Positions 1 to 10,235 of a stretch of DNA of 64,000 bases are shown here, piece by piece (the stretch's first letter is position 1; every line of letters starts with the position of its first letter). Source of the stretch: Nitrososphaerota archaeon (GTDB lineage Archaea > Thermoproteota > EX4484-205 > JAAOZP01); NCBI GenBank assembly GCA_011605725.1, contig JAAOZP010000012.1, positions 128,001 to 192,000 of the forward strand, written 5' to 3'. A program made the translations under genes and the position numbers. The notes beneath the pieces are model-generated. The model saw nothing but the letters and a program-made list of their open reading frames with translations. It ran no database searches and had not been told where the DNA came from.

Positions 1-808
1 TAGCCCTGCCGGCTACCGGGCCGAGATCTTTCATCTTCTTCCTGGCAACATCCATCACGAGCGCCGCGTCAGCCTGAAGCTCCCCGTCAACCTTGATCTC
101 GGGCGCCCGCTTCTTAACGATCTCGGTTGCTCGAACCACCTTATCCACAAGAGGATGTACTGCACTACCCTTGGTTGAGAATGAGAGCATCGCTACCCTC
201 GGCTCCCAGCCTAGGAGCCTACTGACGCTTCTAGCTGTGGATACAGCTATGTCCGCAAGCTGCTCAGGAGTTGGATCCGGATTTACCGCAGCGTCAGCGT
301 AAACCAGGACACCGTTTTCACCAATATTCTTGTTCCCGGTCTCCATTATGAAGAAGCTTGAAGGTGTTTCAACCCCCTTCTCATACCCAATTACAAGATG
401 GCTGGCTTTAATAACGTTTGCAGTAGTGGTGGAGGCACCGGCAACCATCGCGTCAGCCAAACCCGTCTTAACCATCATGCAGGCAAAATAAAGCGGCTTG
501 CTGAGTATTCTTCTCGCAACAGCCTCGCTGACACTCTTCTCCTCCCGGGCCCTGCAATACTCCTTGACAAAACCGTCTAAATAGCCGGAGGCCGCTAAGT
601 CTACGACTTCAACACCGGTTAAGGATAAGCCCAGCGAAGCAGCGTTCTTCTCCACGGTTTCTCTCGAGCCTAACAGTATTGGTTTTGCAATACCCTGCTC
701 CACGGAGGCGGCGGCTGCCCTCAGTATCCTTTCATCCTCAGGCTCAGGTAGAATAATCCTCATAGGCTTCTCCCTAGCCCTGTTCTTTATCAGCTGGATT
801 ACTGACAA
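1..808 (-). CDS. pta: Phosphate acetyltransferase, truncated by the window edge
   Basis: Not in the ORF track. Manual minus-strand translation from TTG at 808 gives [32 protein letters not shown]...[29 protein letters not shown], which contains the PTA/PTB-family motifs LPE-x-EDER and DGELQxDAA. Confidence 0.9.
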   Translation of the reverse strand, partial: MSVIQLIKNRAREKPMRIILPEPEDERILRAAAASVEQGIAKPILLGSRETVEKNAASLGLSLTGVEVVDLAASGYLDGFVKEYCRAREEKSVSEAVARRILSKPLYFACMMVKTGLADAMVAGASTTTANVIKASHLVIGYEKGVETPSSFFIMETGNKNIGENGVLVYADAAVNPDPTPEQLADIAVSTARSVSRLLGWEPRVAMLSFSTKGSAVHPLVDKVVRATEIVKKRAPEIKVDGELQADAALVMDVARKKMKDLGPVAGRA

Positions 809-1009
809 TCTGCGGCTGGAAACCCGGAGAATTTAATAAACTTTTTGCGTTAAGCGTCTCATCACCTGGTGTGCAGCATTGCTGGGCGTAACACTATCTT
901 AGGCGGAACATGGTTCATCTTTCTAATCTTCAGCTGCATGCATCAACATTAACTCAGAAATAACTGGTTAGAAAGCCTTTTAAAAGGAGGAACCAGTAGT
1001 ATTTTCGGG

Positions 1010-2074
1010 ATGAAAATAAGGTCCATAACGCTTTTCGCAGCATCCGGGGAAATGCAGAGCGTTAGAGAACGCGTCTCAAACCTGGGCTCAATGCTTTCAT
1101 TCAACATAGAATCAATGTTTCTGTCGGAAAGCGTTTGGAGCACGAGGGTTGCGCTTCCACCCTTAAGCGAGCAGGAAACCCCTATGAAGAGAGCCTCTCA
1201 GCTTCTTGATCTAAACGTTGTAAACTATGCTTCAATAGGTCAGGTTGAGGATGCGCATCCGGCTTTAGAGGAGGTTGTGGAGGTTGTTGAAAACGGGCTC
1301 TACGTTTCTATAAACATGAGGAGCACAGATAGGATTAAGAGTATTGAAAAGGTTTTGAGAAAAGCATGTGAGAAAAACCCTTCTAACGGAAGCCGGATAT
1401 GTGTCAACATGGGTGGAGACATATTTACACCATATTTTCCTTCAGCATGCAACCTGCATGGTGAAGAAGGATTAGCAATATCTCTACTGTATCCCAGTCT
1501 CCTCAGACACAAGCATTTAAACCAGTTTCAAGACATTCTCGCCGAAGTTTACGCTTCAACCGAAAAAGTTGGTCTAAAGCTTTCCGAAAGGCTTGGGATC
1601 AATTACTACGGGGTTGACGCCTCACTGTCACCCTGGATGGAGGAGAGCGTCGCAGAGATCATTGAGTTCGCCTCAGGGGTTAGAATACCGCTTCCAGGAA
1701 CCCTCAGCACGATTAGAGAGATAAACAGCCTTATAAGGAGTGCTGTTAAAACGGCTGGGATAAGGGCGACAGGCTACAATGAGGTCATGCTGCCGGTTGC
1801 TGAAGATAATGTTTTGAAGGAGAGGGTTGCGGCGGGAGACGTTAAGCTCAGGGACCTTGTATACTTGGCTTCAGCATGCGTCTCCGGAGTCGATATGGTT
1901 GTGGTCTCAGACAATGCTCCTAGCAGGATTATAGAGGGAGTTTTTAAAGACCTTTTTGAAATAAGCATGTTGAAAGGCAGAGCCACCGGGTTGAGAATGA
2001 TTTTCGCATCAGCAGAACCGGGTGAAACAGTTAAACTTAATTTCTTCGGGTGGACACCCGTTATATCGCCCTAA
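1010..2074 (+). CDS. DUF711/UPF0210 family protein
   Basis: 354 aa; motifs GVDASLSPW, GYNEVMLPVAEDNVL and ACVSGVDMV resemble DUF711. Confidence 0.7.
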   Translation: MKIRSITLFAASGEMQSVRERVSNLGSMLSFNIESMFLSESVWSTRVALPPLSEQETPMKRASQLLDLNVVNYASIGQVEDAHPALEEVVEVVENGLYVSINMRSTDRIKSIEKVLRKACEKNPSNGSRICVNMGGDIFTPYFPSACNLHGEEGLAISLLYPSLLRHKHLNQFQDILAEVYASTEKVGLKLSERLGINYYGVDASLSPWMEESVAEIIEFASGVRIPLPGTLSTIREINSLIRSAVKTAGIRATGYNEVMLPVAEDNVLKERVAAGDVKLRDLVYLASACVSGVDMVVVSDNAPSRIIEGVFKDLFEISMLKGRATGLRMIFASAEPGETVKLNFFGWTPVISP

Positions 2075-2105
2075 AGCTTTATATTCAGAGCAGGAGTATT
2101 AGGAG

Positions 2106-2321
2106 GTGATGGGGATAGTTCACAGGCCGGATGATATTCTTAACAGGAGAAGACGTGTAGAGGTTGCTTTAAGAGACCTTAACCCCGGGGTTAGAGAGCT
2201 TGTTTTAAACATAGTGAACTCCTGGAAAGGAAGCAAATCCATGGAGGATTTGAAGCGTGCCGTCGGTGAAGAAAAAGCTGTTAGAATTGTTGAAGAGCTA
2301 AGCCTGCCTGTAGACCAGTAG
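2106..2321 (+). CDS. Small helical hypothetical protein (about 70 aa)
   Basis: Own TATA-like TTTATAT at 2078-2084, 24 nt before ATG 2109; protein-like composition. Confidence 0.65.
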   Translation: MMGIVHRPDDILNRRRRVEVALRDLNPGVRELVLNIVNSWKGSKSMEDLKRAVGEEKAVRIVEELSLPVDQ

Positions 2322-2425
2322 GCTGCGATAAACCATTTGAAGGTTAACGCTACCCACATCCGTATCATCGATACGTGTCAACAGCTTACGGTGAGGAAAA
2401 CGGTTTCTCACAGATATTCCGAGGC

Positions 2426-3925
2426 TTAGCTTTTCTCAGCCGCGGATTTTTCAATCATAGAGCAGAAACGGACATAGGCTTCTTCGACAGCGTCATCATG
2501 CTCCGGCTCGAATTCTCTCAATTCAAACGAGTCTCCAACTATCCGCCTAATATCCTTATGTGATTTAACAAAACCCATAGCGTATGCTTGCATAAGGATG
2601 TTGCCGATAGATGTTGCCTCCACCGGTCCAGCAACCACTTTAACCCCGGTGAAATCAGCAGTAAGCTGGTTCAGCAACCAGTTTCTAGAACCGCCTCCGA
2701 TAATGTTAATCCGGTTTATTTTTCTCCCAGTCAGTTCCATTATCCTTTCCAGAACAAGCCTGTATTTGAAGGCCAGGCTTTCAAGTATTACTCTAACAAG
2801 CTCACCCTCATCCCTAGGTTTCTCTTGGCTAGTTTCCTCTAAGTAGCTCACTATCTCCTCAACCATGTTTGCCGGAGCCATGAACCTCTCGTCGTCAGGA
2901 TCGATGAAGGCTATGAATCTTCTCGACTTGCTTGCAATCCTTGTTAGCTCATCGTAAGAATACTCCCGTCCTTGGCCCGCCCAGATCCTCCTGCATTGTT
3001 GAACCAGCCACATCCCCTGAACGTTACGCAGAAACCTGAATTTTCCGAAAACACCCCCCTCATTAGTGAAGTTATACTCGAGTGATTTTCTGCTTATTAT
3101 TGGCTTATCCACCTCAACGCCTACTAGGGACCATGTTCCGGAACTAATGTAGGCTGAGCCTTCATCCTCCAGAAGCGCCGCCGCGACAGCTGAAGCCGTG
3201 TCATGGCAGGCAGGGGCTACGATTGAAACCCTGCTGCTAATGCCAAGCTCGCCAGCAAGACTCGTAGAAATCCCTTCAAGCACGGTTCCCGGTTTAACAA
3301 TCTCGGGCAGAAAATGGGTTGGAATCCCGAGGTTCTCTAAGAGTTCATAATCCCAGTTGTTCTTAGAAGGGTTGAGGAACTGGGTTGTCGTAGCATCTGT
3401 AAACTCAGAGACCTTGACGCCGGATAGCCAGTAGTTGAACAAGTCCGGCATCATCAGGAACCTGCTTGCAGCGTTGAGAATCGAAGACCTGCTTAAAACC
3501 AGCGAGTACAACTGGTAGAGGGTGTTCAGCCGGAGAAACTGTATACCTGTTCTGAAGTAGATTTCCTCCCTCGAAACCTTTTTAAAGATCTCTTCAAAAG
3601 CTCGCTCCGTCCTAGGATCCCTATAATGGTGAGGGTTTCCGAGGAGCTCGCCATTGCTGTCGAGAAAAGCAAAATCAACTCCCCACGTGTCGACACCGAT
3701 GGACTCAAGGCTTCCGTTAAGCTTTGAATACGCCAGTGAAGCAGCATTCTTAATTTCACCCCATATCCTTAAAACATCCCAGAAAATACTTTCCCCCACC
3801 TTCACCGGTATGTTTGGAAACCTGTAAACCTCCTCCACCGTTATCTTTCTCTCAGCCAGTATTCCGATTAAGGCTCTACCGCTCTCGGCCCCAAGGTCGA
3901 AGGCTAGAAAGGCAGGATGCCCCAT
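2426..3925 (-). CDS. rhaB: Rhamnulokinase/fuculokinase (FGGY carbohydrate kinase)
   Basis: FDLGAESGR, GVDTWGVDF, HYRDPRT, HDTASAV, SSGTWSLVG and TNEGG motifs. Start moved from 3940 to ATG 3925. Confidence 0.85.
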   Translation of the reverse strand: MGHPAFLAFDLGAESGRALIGILAERKITVEEVYRFPNIPVKVGESIFWDVLRIWGEIKNAASLAYSKLNGSLESIGVDTWGVDFAFLDSNGELLGNPHHYRDPRTERAFEEIFKKVSREEIYFRTGIQFLRLNTLYQLYSLVLSRSSILNAASRFLMMPDLFNYWLSGVKVSEFTDATTTQFLNPSKNNWDYELLENLGIPTHFLPEIVKPGTVLEGISTSLAGELGISSRVSIVAPACHDTASAVAAALLEDEGSAYISSGTWSLVGVEVDKPIISRKSLEYNFTNEGGVFGKFRFLRNVQGMWLVQQCRRIWAGQGREYSYDELTRIASKSRRFIAFIDPDDERFMAPANMVEEIVSYLEETSQEKPRDEGELVRVILESLAFKYRLVLERIMELTGRKINRINIIGGGSRNWLLNQLTADFTGVKVVAGPVEATSIGNILMQAYAMGFVKSHKDIRRIVGDSFELREFEPEHDDAVEEAYVRFCSMIEKSAAEKS

Positions 3926-3949
3926 GAGTCTTAAAAACATAGTTATTTT

Positions 3950-4888
3950 TTAAGCTTTTTCCCGTTTAACTTTAAAGGATTTCGAGGCGTTCACAAGGTT
4001 TTCTAGAATGAGGAAAGCCAAGTCGTGTTTAGTCCTCCTCAACCCGCAATCAGGATGAATATAAGCCACGTTATCGATACCGATTTTCGAAGACACCTTG
4101 CTCACGATCTCCGCAGCCATTTCAGGAACTGTCAGATCATCCTTCGATAAGACGTTTACCTTCATGCATCCTACTCCAATTTTCTTCCCAACCTCCTCCA
4201 TAACGCTTCTAGACAGGAGATCAATGTTTCCAGAGGAGCCTGCAAACTCTAAACTGAGAATACTCACGTTTTTCGTCGCGCTTAGAGATTTTATTGTTTT
4301 CGCACTTAGCCTTCCGCAGACATGTATACTCGTCAGCTTAGGATCCAGGCCTTCGGTCGCAATGCTAAGGGGCTCCAATATTCTATCGGGGTCAAGAAAA
4401 CCCGCGCTGATCCCGGGCTCATCTATCTGCGTCAAACCGTCGTACGATTGAATAAGCTTAGCCACCTTGTTCACAACATGCGCAACATCATTATAGAGTT
4501 CGATATTCCTCACATTACCGTATGGTCCAGCGTTCTTCATCGCCGCTGAAAAAGCGAAGGTTATAGGCCCTGTTATACCAACTTTTAAACTATTTGAATA
4601 ACCTTTTTCAGCAATATGCCTCCTCGCCTCAAGGAAATCCACAACCTTGAAAGACTCTCCGATATTCGCCACTGGCTTTATTCTTCCAGTTAAGCAAATC
4701 CTCTCACCAGCCACCGTCACACCATGCATAGAGTTCGAAAGATAGGAGAGCATGTCTGTCCTCTGCTCTCCGTCGGACACTATATCTATGCCTGTCTTAA
4801 CCTGAAGGTCCACGGCAAGCCTGATCGATGTTTCAAGGTCCTGGTGGAGCCTTGGGAGGCTTCCGATAACGGTCGTGGTTAAACGCAT
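3950..4888 (-). CDS. Single-barrel cobalamin-independent methionine synthase family protein (MetE C-terminal core, methylcobalamin:homocysteine methyltransferase-like)
   Basis: TTVIGSLPR, SDGEQR, QIDEP, Zn ligands HVCG and PDCGL. Start ATG 4888 follows a TATA-like CTTAAAAG. Confidence 0.8.
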   Translation of the reverse strand: MRLTTTVIGSLPRLHQDLETSIRLAVDLQVKTGIDIVSDGEQRTDMLSYLSNSMHGVTVAGERICLTGRIKPVANIGESFKVVDFLEARRHIAEKGYSNSLKVGITGPITFAFSAAMKNAGPYGNVRNIELYNDVAHVVNKVAKLIQSYDGLTQIDEPGISAGFLDPDRILEPLSIATEGLDPKLTSIHVCGRLSAKTIKSLSATKNVSILSLEFAGSSGNIDLLSRSVMEEVGKKIGVGCMKVNVLSKDDLTVPEMAAEIVSKVSSKIGIDNVAYIHPDCGLRRTKHDLAFLILENLVNASKSFKVKREKA

Positions 4889-4947
4889 TAGTAGGGAATT
4901 CGCCAAGCTTTCTTTTAAGCGTTTCAGCCCCGTGGATATAAAGCGGC

Positions 4948-6006
4948 TCAGAACCTTCCGTTAACAACCTCGAAGTGAGTCGGCTTATTAAAAGTACGAC
5001 CCCCTATTAGAACCCAGTGTGCAACCCATTTAATCATCCGATCCAGCGTGACTGTTGGAGGGCCGAATATCCTGAAGCATTTTGAAGCATTGCTTAACAA
5101 AGCATTCCCCGTCTCGCTGTTTTTGAAAACCGGCTTCTTACCGAAGATAGCTCCGAATTTCTCCGCCAACCATCTGACGGAAACTGTTTCAGAACCAGTC
5201 ACGTTTATCACCTCAGGAGGGGAGCTGCAGAGCTCAAGGGAGCGAACAGCTATGTTGTTAACGTCCCCTTGCCATATAACGTTGACGTACCCCATTCTCA
5301 AGTCTATAGGCAAGCCTTCGAAAACTTTCCTAGCCACATCCAGTAGAACACCGTATCTAAGGTCTATCGCGTAGTTAAGCCTTAAGAGCAAGGTTTTCAA
5401 ACCGTATTTTCTAGAGAAGTATTCAAATATTCTTTCACGTCCTAAACAGGATTGAGCATACTCACCCACCGGGTCTGGAGGAGTAGACTCGTCCGCGCCC
5501 CCAGAAGACACCGGGACCAATGGATAAACATTCCCCGTTGAGAACACTACTATCCTCGACTTCTTAAACCTCCTTGAAACAATAGCCGGGATATACGTGT
5601 TTACAGCCCAGGTTAGCGAGGAGTCCTCCTGCGTGCCGAACTTCCTACCAACCATGTAGATCACGTTTGAGGCCTCTGGAAGCCTCTCCACCTCTTCCTC
5701 CTCCAGCAGGTCGCATGAAAAAGTTTCCACACCTATTTTTTCCAGTTCTTCTCTTAATCCTGGTGTTGAAAACCTGGATACTCCTATAACCCTTTTATTC
5801 AAGCCGCCTTCGTCCACAGCCCTCTTAACAAGCCTCGCAAGAGTAGGGCCGATTTTACCTGAAACACCCAGGATGAGAATGTCGCCCCCAAGCCTGGAAA
5901 CAGCCTTCACAGTTTCAGGCATAGGCCTCGACAAAATTTCTTCGAGCTCAGGCTCGCTTCCAACAAGGTCTGGAAGACAGGCTGGTTTAAAGCTGCTGCA
6001 AGCCAT
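4948..6006 (-). CDS. NAD-dependent epimerase/dehydratase (atypical extended SDR)
   Basis: GVSGKIG Rossmann motif and STGNVY; YAQSC stands in place of YxxxK. Confidence 0.8.
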   Translation of the reverse strand: MACSSFKPACLPDLVGSEPELEEILSRPMPETVKAVSRLGGDILILGVSGKIGPTLARLVKRAVDEGGLNKRVIGVSRFSTPGLREELEKIGVETFSCDLLEEEEVERLPEASNVIYMVGRKFGTQEDSSLTWAVNTYIPAIVSRRFKKSRIVVFSTGNVYPLVPVSSGGADESTPPDPVGEYAQSCLGRERIFEYFSRKYGLKTLLLRLNYAIDLRYGVLLDVARKVFEGLPIDLRMGYVNVIWQGDVNNIAVRSLELCSSPPEVINVTGSETVSVRWLAEKFGAIFGKKPVFKNSETGNALLSNASKCFRIFGPPTVTLDRMIKWVAHWVLIGGRTFNKPTHFEVVNGRF

Positions 6007-6024
6007 TGATAGTTAAACAGTGTC

Positions 6025-6096
6025 TCGACGTGTAATATAAACGATACGCGTCGAAATCGTGAGACGGGCAAAGGTTTTTTAAGGCTTTAAAGCCTT
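6025..6096. promoter_or_regulatory. Divergent promoter region with an inverted repeat around one TATA box and a perfect 16-bp palindrome
   Basis: TCGACGTGTA(6025-6034)-N10-TACGCGTCGA(6045-6054) brackets the minus-strand TTTATAT; AAGGCTTTAAAGCCTT at 6081-6096. Confidence 0.45.
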
Positions 6097-7992
6097 TTGG
6101 AAACAGTCTTGCCGACTCGCATAGTGGATACTTCAAACAGTCCCTACGCGAAGCTACGTCCTGTGCCAATTGAAGAAGTCGAGTTGAAACACGGCTTCTG
6201 GGCGAAACGCTTGAAGAGGATTAGGGAAGTGACTGTTCCATCCCAGTATGAGCTTCTTGAAAAAACCGGCAGGATTTACAATTTCAGAAGGGCAGCTGGA
6301 AGGGAGAAAGGCGGTTTCCAAGGGCTAGTTTTCAACGATTCAGATGTTTACAAGTGGGTTGAGGCCGCCGGGTTCCTTCTCGCATCCCGGTTTGACGAGA
6401 AGCTTCACAGTCTGGTTGAGAAAGTTGTTGACGATATATGTGCAGCCCAGGATGAGGACGGCTATCTGAATACTTTCTTCACGTTTGGGAACAAGGCTAA
6501 ACGCTGGTCGAACCTTGCGCGCGACCATGAACTGTATTGCGCTGGACACTTGATTCAGGCCGCTATTGCTCTTCACAGAGCCACGGGAGACCAGAAGCTT
6601 TTCAACGCTGCCGTGCGTTTCGCAAACCACATATTGAGAGTCTTCGGCCCAGACGGGAAGCCGGGGGCACCGGGACATCCTGAGATAGAGATGGCGATGG
6701 TTGAACTCTACAGGGAGACGGGTGACCCTGCATACTTAAGCATGGCTAGAAAATTCATAGATAACCGTGGAAGGGGAATAGCGGGTGGAGATGTCAACAG
6801 GATAGACCATAAGCCGTTCAAGGAGCTCGAAGAGATCGTTGGACATGCCGTTAGATCGCTGTATCTGAACAGTGGAGCTACGGACCTTTACATGGAGACT
6901 GGGGACAAAGAGGTCTGGAGCGTTTTAGAACGGCTCTGGAACAACATGGTGAAGTGCAAAATGTACGTTACTGGAGGCGTAGGCTCCCGTTACGATGGGG
7001 AAGCCTTCGGCCTCAACTATGAGCTTCCCAGCGCTCAGGCCTATGCTGAAACATGCGCCTCGGTAGCGAACTTCATGTGGAACTGGAGAATGTTTCTCGC
7101 AAGCGGGGAAGCTAAATACGTAGACGTGATGGAGCTTACTCTATATAACGGCGTGTTGGCAGGCATATCGCTCGACGGTGAGGAGTATTTCTATGTGAAC
7201 CCGCTTGCGAGCCGTGGGAACCATAGGCGGAGGAAATGGTTTGAATGCGCCTGTTGCCCACCGAACGTGGCTAGGCTTCTAGCGGGCTTACCCGGCTACT
7301 TCTACAGTATTTCTGAAGAAGGCGTATGGGTGAACCTGTATGATCAGAATGAAGCCCGCATCAGGTTTAAAGACGATGTTGTAGAGATTGCTCAGACCAC
7401 TGATTATCCATGGGACGGGAAGGTTGAAATACTTCTCGGCTTAAAGCGTGAACTAGCCTTCTCAATAAATCTTCGAATACCGGCTTGGAGTAACAGAACA
7501 GAAGTGAGCCTGAACGGTAGTAGAGTTAATGGTGACGTTAAGCCAGGGTCATACTTTAGGCTGGACAGAACCTGGAGCAACGGCGATAGAATAAGGGTGA
7601 ATTTTCAGATGGAGGTTAGAAAAATATCCTGCAACCCGCTTGTCTACGAGAACACTGGAAGAATATCTTTAGGCAGGGGTCCCCTAGTGTATTGCATCGA
7701 GGGTGTTGACAACCCCGGGTTTGACGTGTGGGACCTGTTGATTCCCGAGGATGCGGTGCTCAGCGTGGAGTGGATCCCATCCCTGCTTGACGGCGTAATG
7801 GTGATAAGGGGAGAGGGTTACGTGGCTGATTCGGACTGGATTCAGGACTCCCTGTATAGAGTTTTCAACCCGGCTGGGACACGGAGAACAGAGTTTTTAG
7901 CAATACCCTACTACGCCTGGGCTAACCGTGATCCAAGCCCCATGATCACCTGGGTCAGGTCAATACCCAGGCTGGAGAACATTCAGAAGTAA
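6097..7992 (+). CDS. GH127 beta-L-arabinofuranosidase family glycosidase (cytoplasmic)
   Basis: DSDVYKW, HELYCAGHL, HPEIE, GHAVR, ETCAS and CACCPPN (Zn/Cys nucleophile); no signal peptide. Confidence 0.92.
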   Translation: METVLPTRIVDTSNSPYAKLRPVPIEEVELKHGFWAKRLKRIREVTVPSQYELLEKTGRIYNFRRAAGREKGGFQGLVFNDSDVYKWVEAAGFLLASRFDEKLHSLVEKVVDDICAAQDEDGYLNTFFTFGNKAKRWSNLARDHELYCAGHLIQAAIALHRATGDQKLFNAAVRFANHILRVFGPDGKPGAPGHPEIEMAMVELYRETGDPAYLSMARKFIDNRGRGIAGGDVNRIDHKPFKELEEIVGHAVRSLYLNSGATDLYMETGDKEVWSVLERLWNNMVKCKMYVTGGVGSRYDGEAFGLNYELPSAQAYAETCASVANFMWNWRMFLASGEAKYVDVMELTLYNGVLAGISLDGEEYFYVNPLASRGNHRRRKWFECACCPPNVARLLAGLPGYFYSISEEGVWVNLYDQNEARIRFKDDVVEIAQTTDYPWDGKVEILLGLKRELAFSINLRIPAWSNRTEVSLNGSRVNGDVKPGSYFRLDRTWSNGDRIRVNFQMEVRKISCNPLVYENTGRISLGRGPLVYCIEGVDNPGFDVWDLLIPEDAVLSVEWIPSLLDGVMVIRGEGYVADSDWIQDSLYRVFNPAGTRRTEFLAIPYYAWANRDPSPMITWVRSIPRLENIQK

Positions 7993-8288
7993 CTTGTTAT
8001 TGCCATCCATAACGAAGTTTCCTGTAGCACGCTTAGATCAGCTGGATATAGGCAACTCATAGTGTGCATCAGGTGGACATGAGCATGAAGCCGACTGTTC
8101 AACCAACGCGAGTCTGAATCTTTCAACCGTAGCCTTGGAAACCATCTTGCTCAAGAATCTTTAACGAGGGTTGAAGGTGTTGTAAATAAGGTCCCTGCTG
8201 GGGCTCAAGCATCGTAGAGCAGTTAAGCCGCTTTTTAAACGGTTATAAAGCTGAAGAAATGTTTAAGAAAAAGCGCGGTTTTACTTGG

Positions 8289-9179
8289 TTACTCTTCTGT
8301 CCTAAGCCTCGGGTTGAATATCTCTTCTAATGCCGAGGATATTAGTACGAAGCCTGTCTGAAGCAGAACTATGCATACTATTGGGGAGAAAAGATAAATC
8401 CATGCCTTCGGATTGATCAAAGCTGCTTCACCCAGCGCGATGTTTATCATCACTCCCCAGTTTACGGATGTGAACCTGAGGATGCCGAGGGAGAACAATA
8501 CGACCTGTGAATATATACCGCCGGTAAGTGCTAAGACGAAACTCATAACCAAGTAGGGCATCAGGTTAGGTATTATTTCTCTGAAGATTATGTGCATACG
8601 CCCCAGGTTTAGACATCTAGCAGCCTCTATGAAAGGCCTCTCCCTAATCGCCAGAACCTGAGACCTGATCGCCCTAGCAGTAGCCGGCCACTGCACTATA
8701 CCTATTATCAGCGAGACTTCGAACAGGTTGAGCTCCCTCGGGAGGCTGGCGGCTATAAGTATGAGAAGCGGGTACTGCGGAAGCATCAGGAATATTTCAG
8801 TAATCCTCATCATCACCTCGTCGAAAATCCCTCCAAGTATCCCTGAGGAAACACCTATGAGCGTCGCGATGGAAATAGTTACTAAACCAGTCATCGCGGC
8901 GATTAGCAGAGCCTCCCTAGAGCCGTTGATTATCTGCATAAGCACATCCCTCCCGTAGGCATCTGTGCCCAAAGGATGCTCAAGGGAGGGTGGAAGATAC
9001 CTTTTCGCCGGATAGGCCCTTATGTCGAGCGGGAAGAAGAAAGGGCCGATGAGCGCCATCAGTAGGAAGAACGTGACGATTATGAAGCCAGCCATGGTTG
9101 AAGGCTTCTTCCTAATCACGTTGAAGGCGAGCATCAGCCTTTTAGACATTCTTCGCCCCCTCTCACTCATTTCCCTCAC
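8289..9179 (-). CDS. Opp/Dpp-family ABC permease (OppC/DppC-like)
   Basis: HPLGTDAYGRD, EAA loop (FIEAARCL), multiple TM segments. Confidence 0.92.
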   Translation of the reverse strand: MREMSERGRRMSKRLMLAFNVIRKKPSTMAGFIIVTFFLLMALIGPFFFPLDIRAYPAKRYLPPSLEHPLGTDAYGRDVLMQIINGSREALLIAAMTGLVTISIATLIGVSSGILGGIFDEVMMRITEIFLMLPQYPLLILIAASLPRELNLFEVSLIIGIVQWPATARAIRSQVLAIRERPFIEAARCLNLGRMHIIFREIIPNLMPYLVMSFVLALTGGIYSQVVLFSLGILRFTSVNWGVMINIALGEAALINPKAWIYLFSPIVCIVLLQTGFVLISSALEEIFNPRLRTEE

Positions 9180-9182
9180 CTA

Positions 9183-10166
9183 TTACTCAAACCTTATTCT
9201 CGGGTCAAGCCTACTGTAGAGCAGGTCCGCCATGAAGTTAGCAGCCACGACGGCGACAGCAGTTATCAAGAACAGTCCAGATATCAGCGGGTAGTCCCTA
9301 GCATAGACAGCCTGGTTGAGAAACCTGCCTATACCCGGGTAGAGGAAAAGATTCTCGATTAAGAGTACTCCTCCAAACATGAAGCCTAGGGCGATGGCGA
9401 ACCTGGTGAACAACGGTAGCATAGCATTCCTACCGACGTAGGCGGTCACTATCCTCCTATCCTTCAAACCCCTTGCCTCCGCAGCAGTAACATAGTATTC
9501 TCCAAGCACAGAGATCGTGCTACTCTTCATCGTGAGAATCCATCCTCCGACTGTTGTCAAAACATAAGTTAGGATCGGCAGGACTGCATGCCGTAGCACG
9601 CTGATCACGAAATCCAGGTTGAAAACCCGTGGGTCAACCCCGCTGTACGGGCCTGAGGCGGGAAGCCATTTCAACTGTATTGCGAAAACCCATATCATGA
9701 AGAAACCAAGTATGTTCTGCGGCATAGCTGTTGTGATAGAGGAGTAGAATGACAATACCTTGTCGATGATTGAACCCCTCCTGTAGGCCATGTGCATTCC
9801 TAATACGATGCCGAGCAGGAAGCTTATAACTAGGGAAATAGATACTGAGAACACTGTCCACGGTATGCCATAGCCCAGTATCGTTGCCACGGGAGTGGCA
9901 AGCCAGATGGAGTAGCCCAGGTTACCGGTTAAAACCCCCTTTAGGAAACTTACGTATTGTTCGTGAAGCGGAGCCGTAGGGACGAAGGAGAGAGCCATGG
10001 AAACCCTCGTCAAAGCCTCCTCGTAGGAGTAGCCCAGTGCGAGAAACTGTTGAATCATCATGTCAACAGGGTTCCCGGGCATCATCCTGTAGAGGAAGAA
10101 GTTTATCGTTATCGCGCAGAATAGGGTGAACAATGAGAGAGCAGCCTTCCTGAATATCCACCTCAT
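9183..10166 (-). CDS. Opp/Dpp-family ABC permease (OppB/DppB-like)
   Basis: MPGNP, GNLGYS, YVTAAEARGL, ENLFLYPGIG, RDYPL. Confidence 0.92.
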   Translation of the reverse strand: MRWIFRKAALSLFTLFCAITINFFLYRMMPGNPVDMMIQQFLALGYSYEEALTRVSMALSFVPTAPLHEQYVSFLKGVLTGNLGYSIWLATPVATILGYGIPWTVFSVSISLVISFLLGIVLGMHMAYRRGSIIDKVLSFYSSITTAMPQNILGFFMIWVFAIQLKWLPASGPYSGVDPRVFNLDFVISVLRHAVLPILTYVLTTVGGWILTMKSSTISVLGEYYVTAAEARGLKDRRIVTAYVGRNAMLPLFTRFAIALGFMFGGVLLIENLFLYPGIGRFLNQAVYARDYPLISGLFLITAVAVVAANFMADLLYSRLDPRIRFE

Positions 10167-10235
10167 TCACAATGCACCTCGTTCACAATAGGGTCTTAAA
10201 AAGGGTGTTAAAAAAACTTTCGTATACGGGGAGAG

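Noticed and set aside
93-580. Short plus-strand ORFs here, and the many antisense ORFs elsewhere (e.g. 21611-22246, 23794-24390, 36112-36657)
   Set aside because: They are shadows of well-supported genes on the opposite strand and carry no recognisable motifs.
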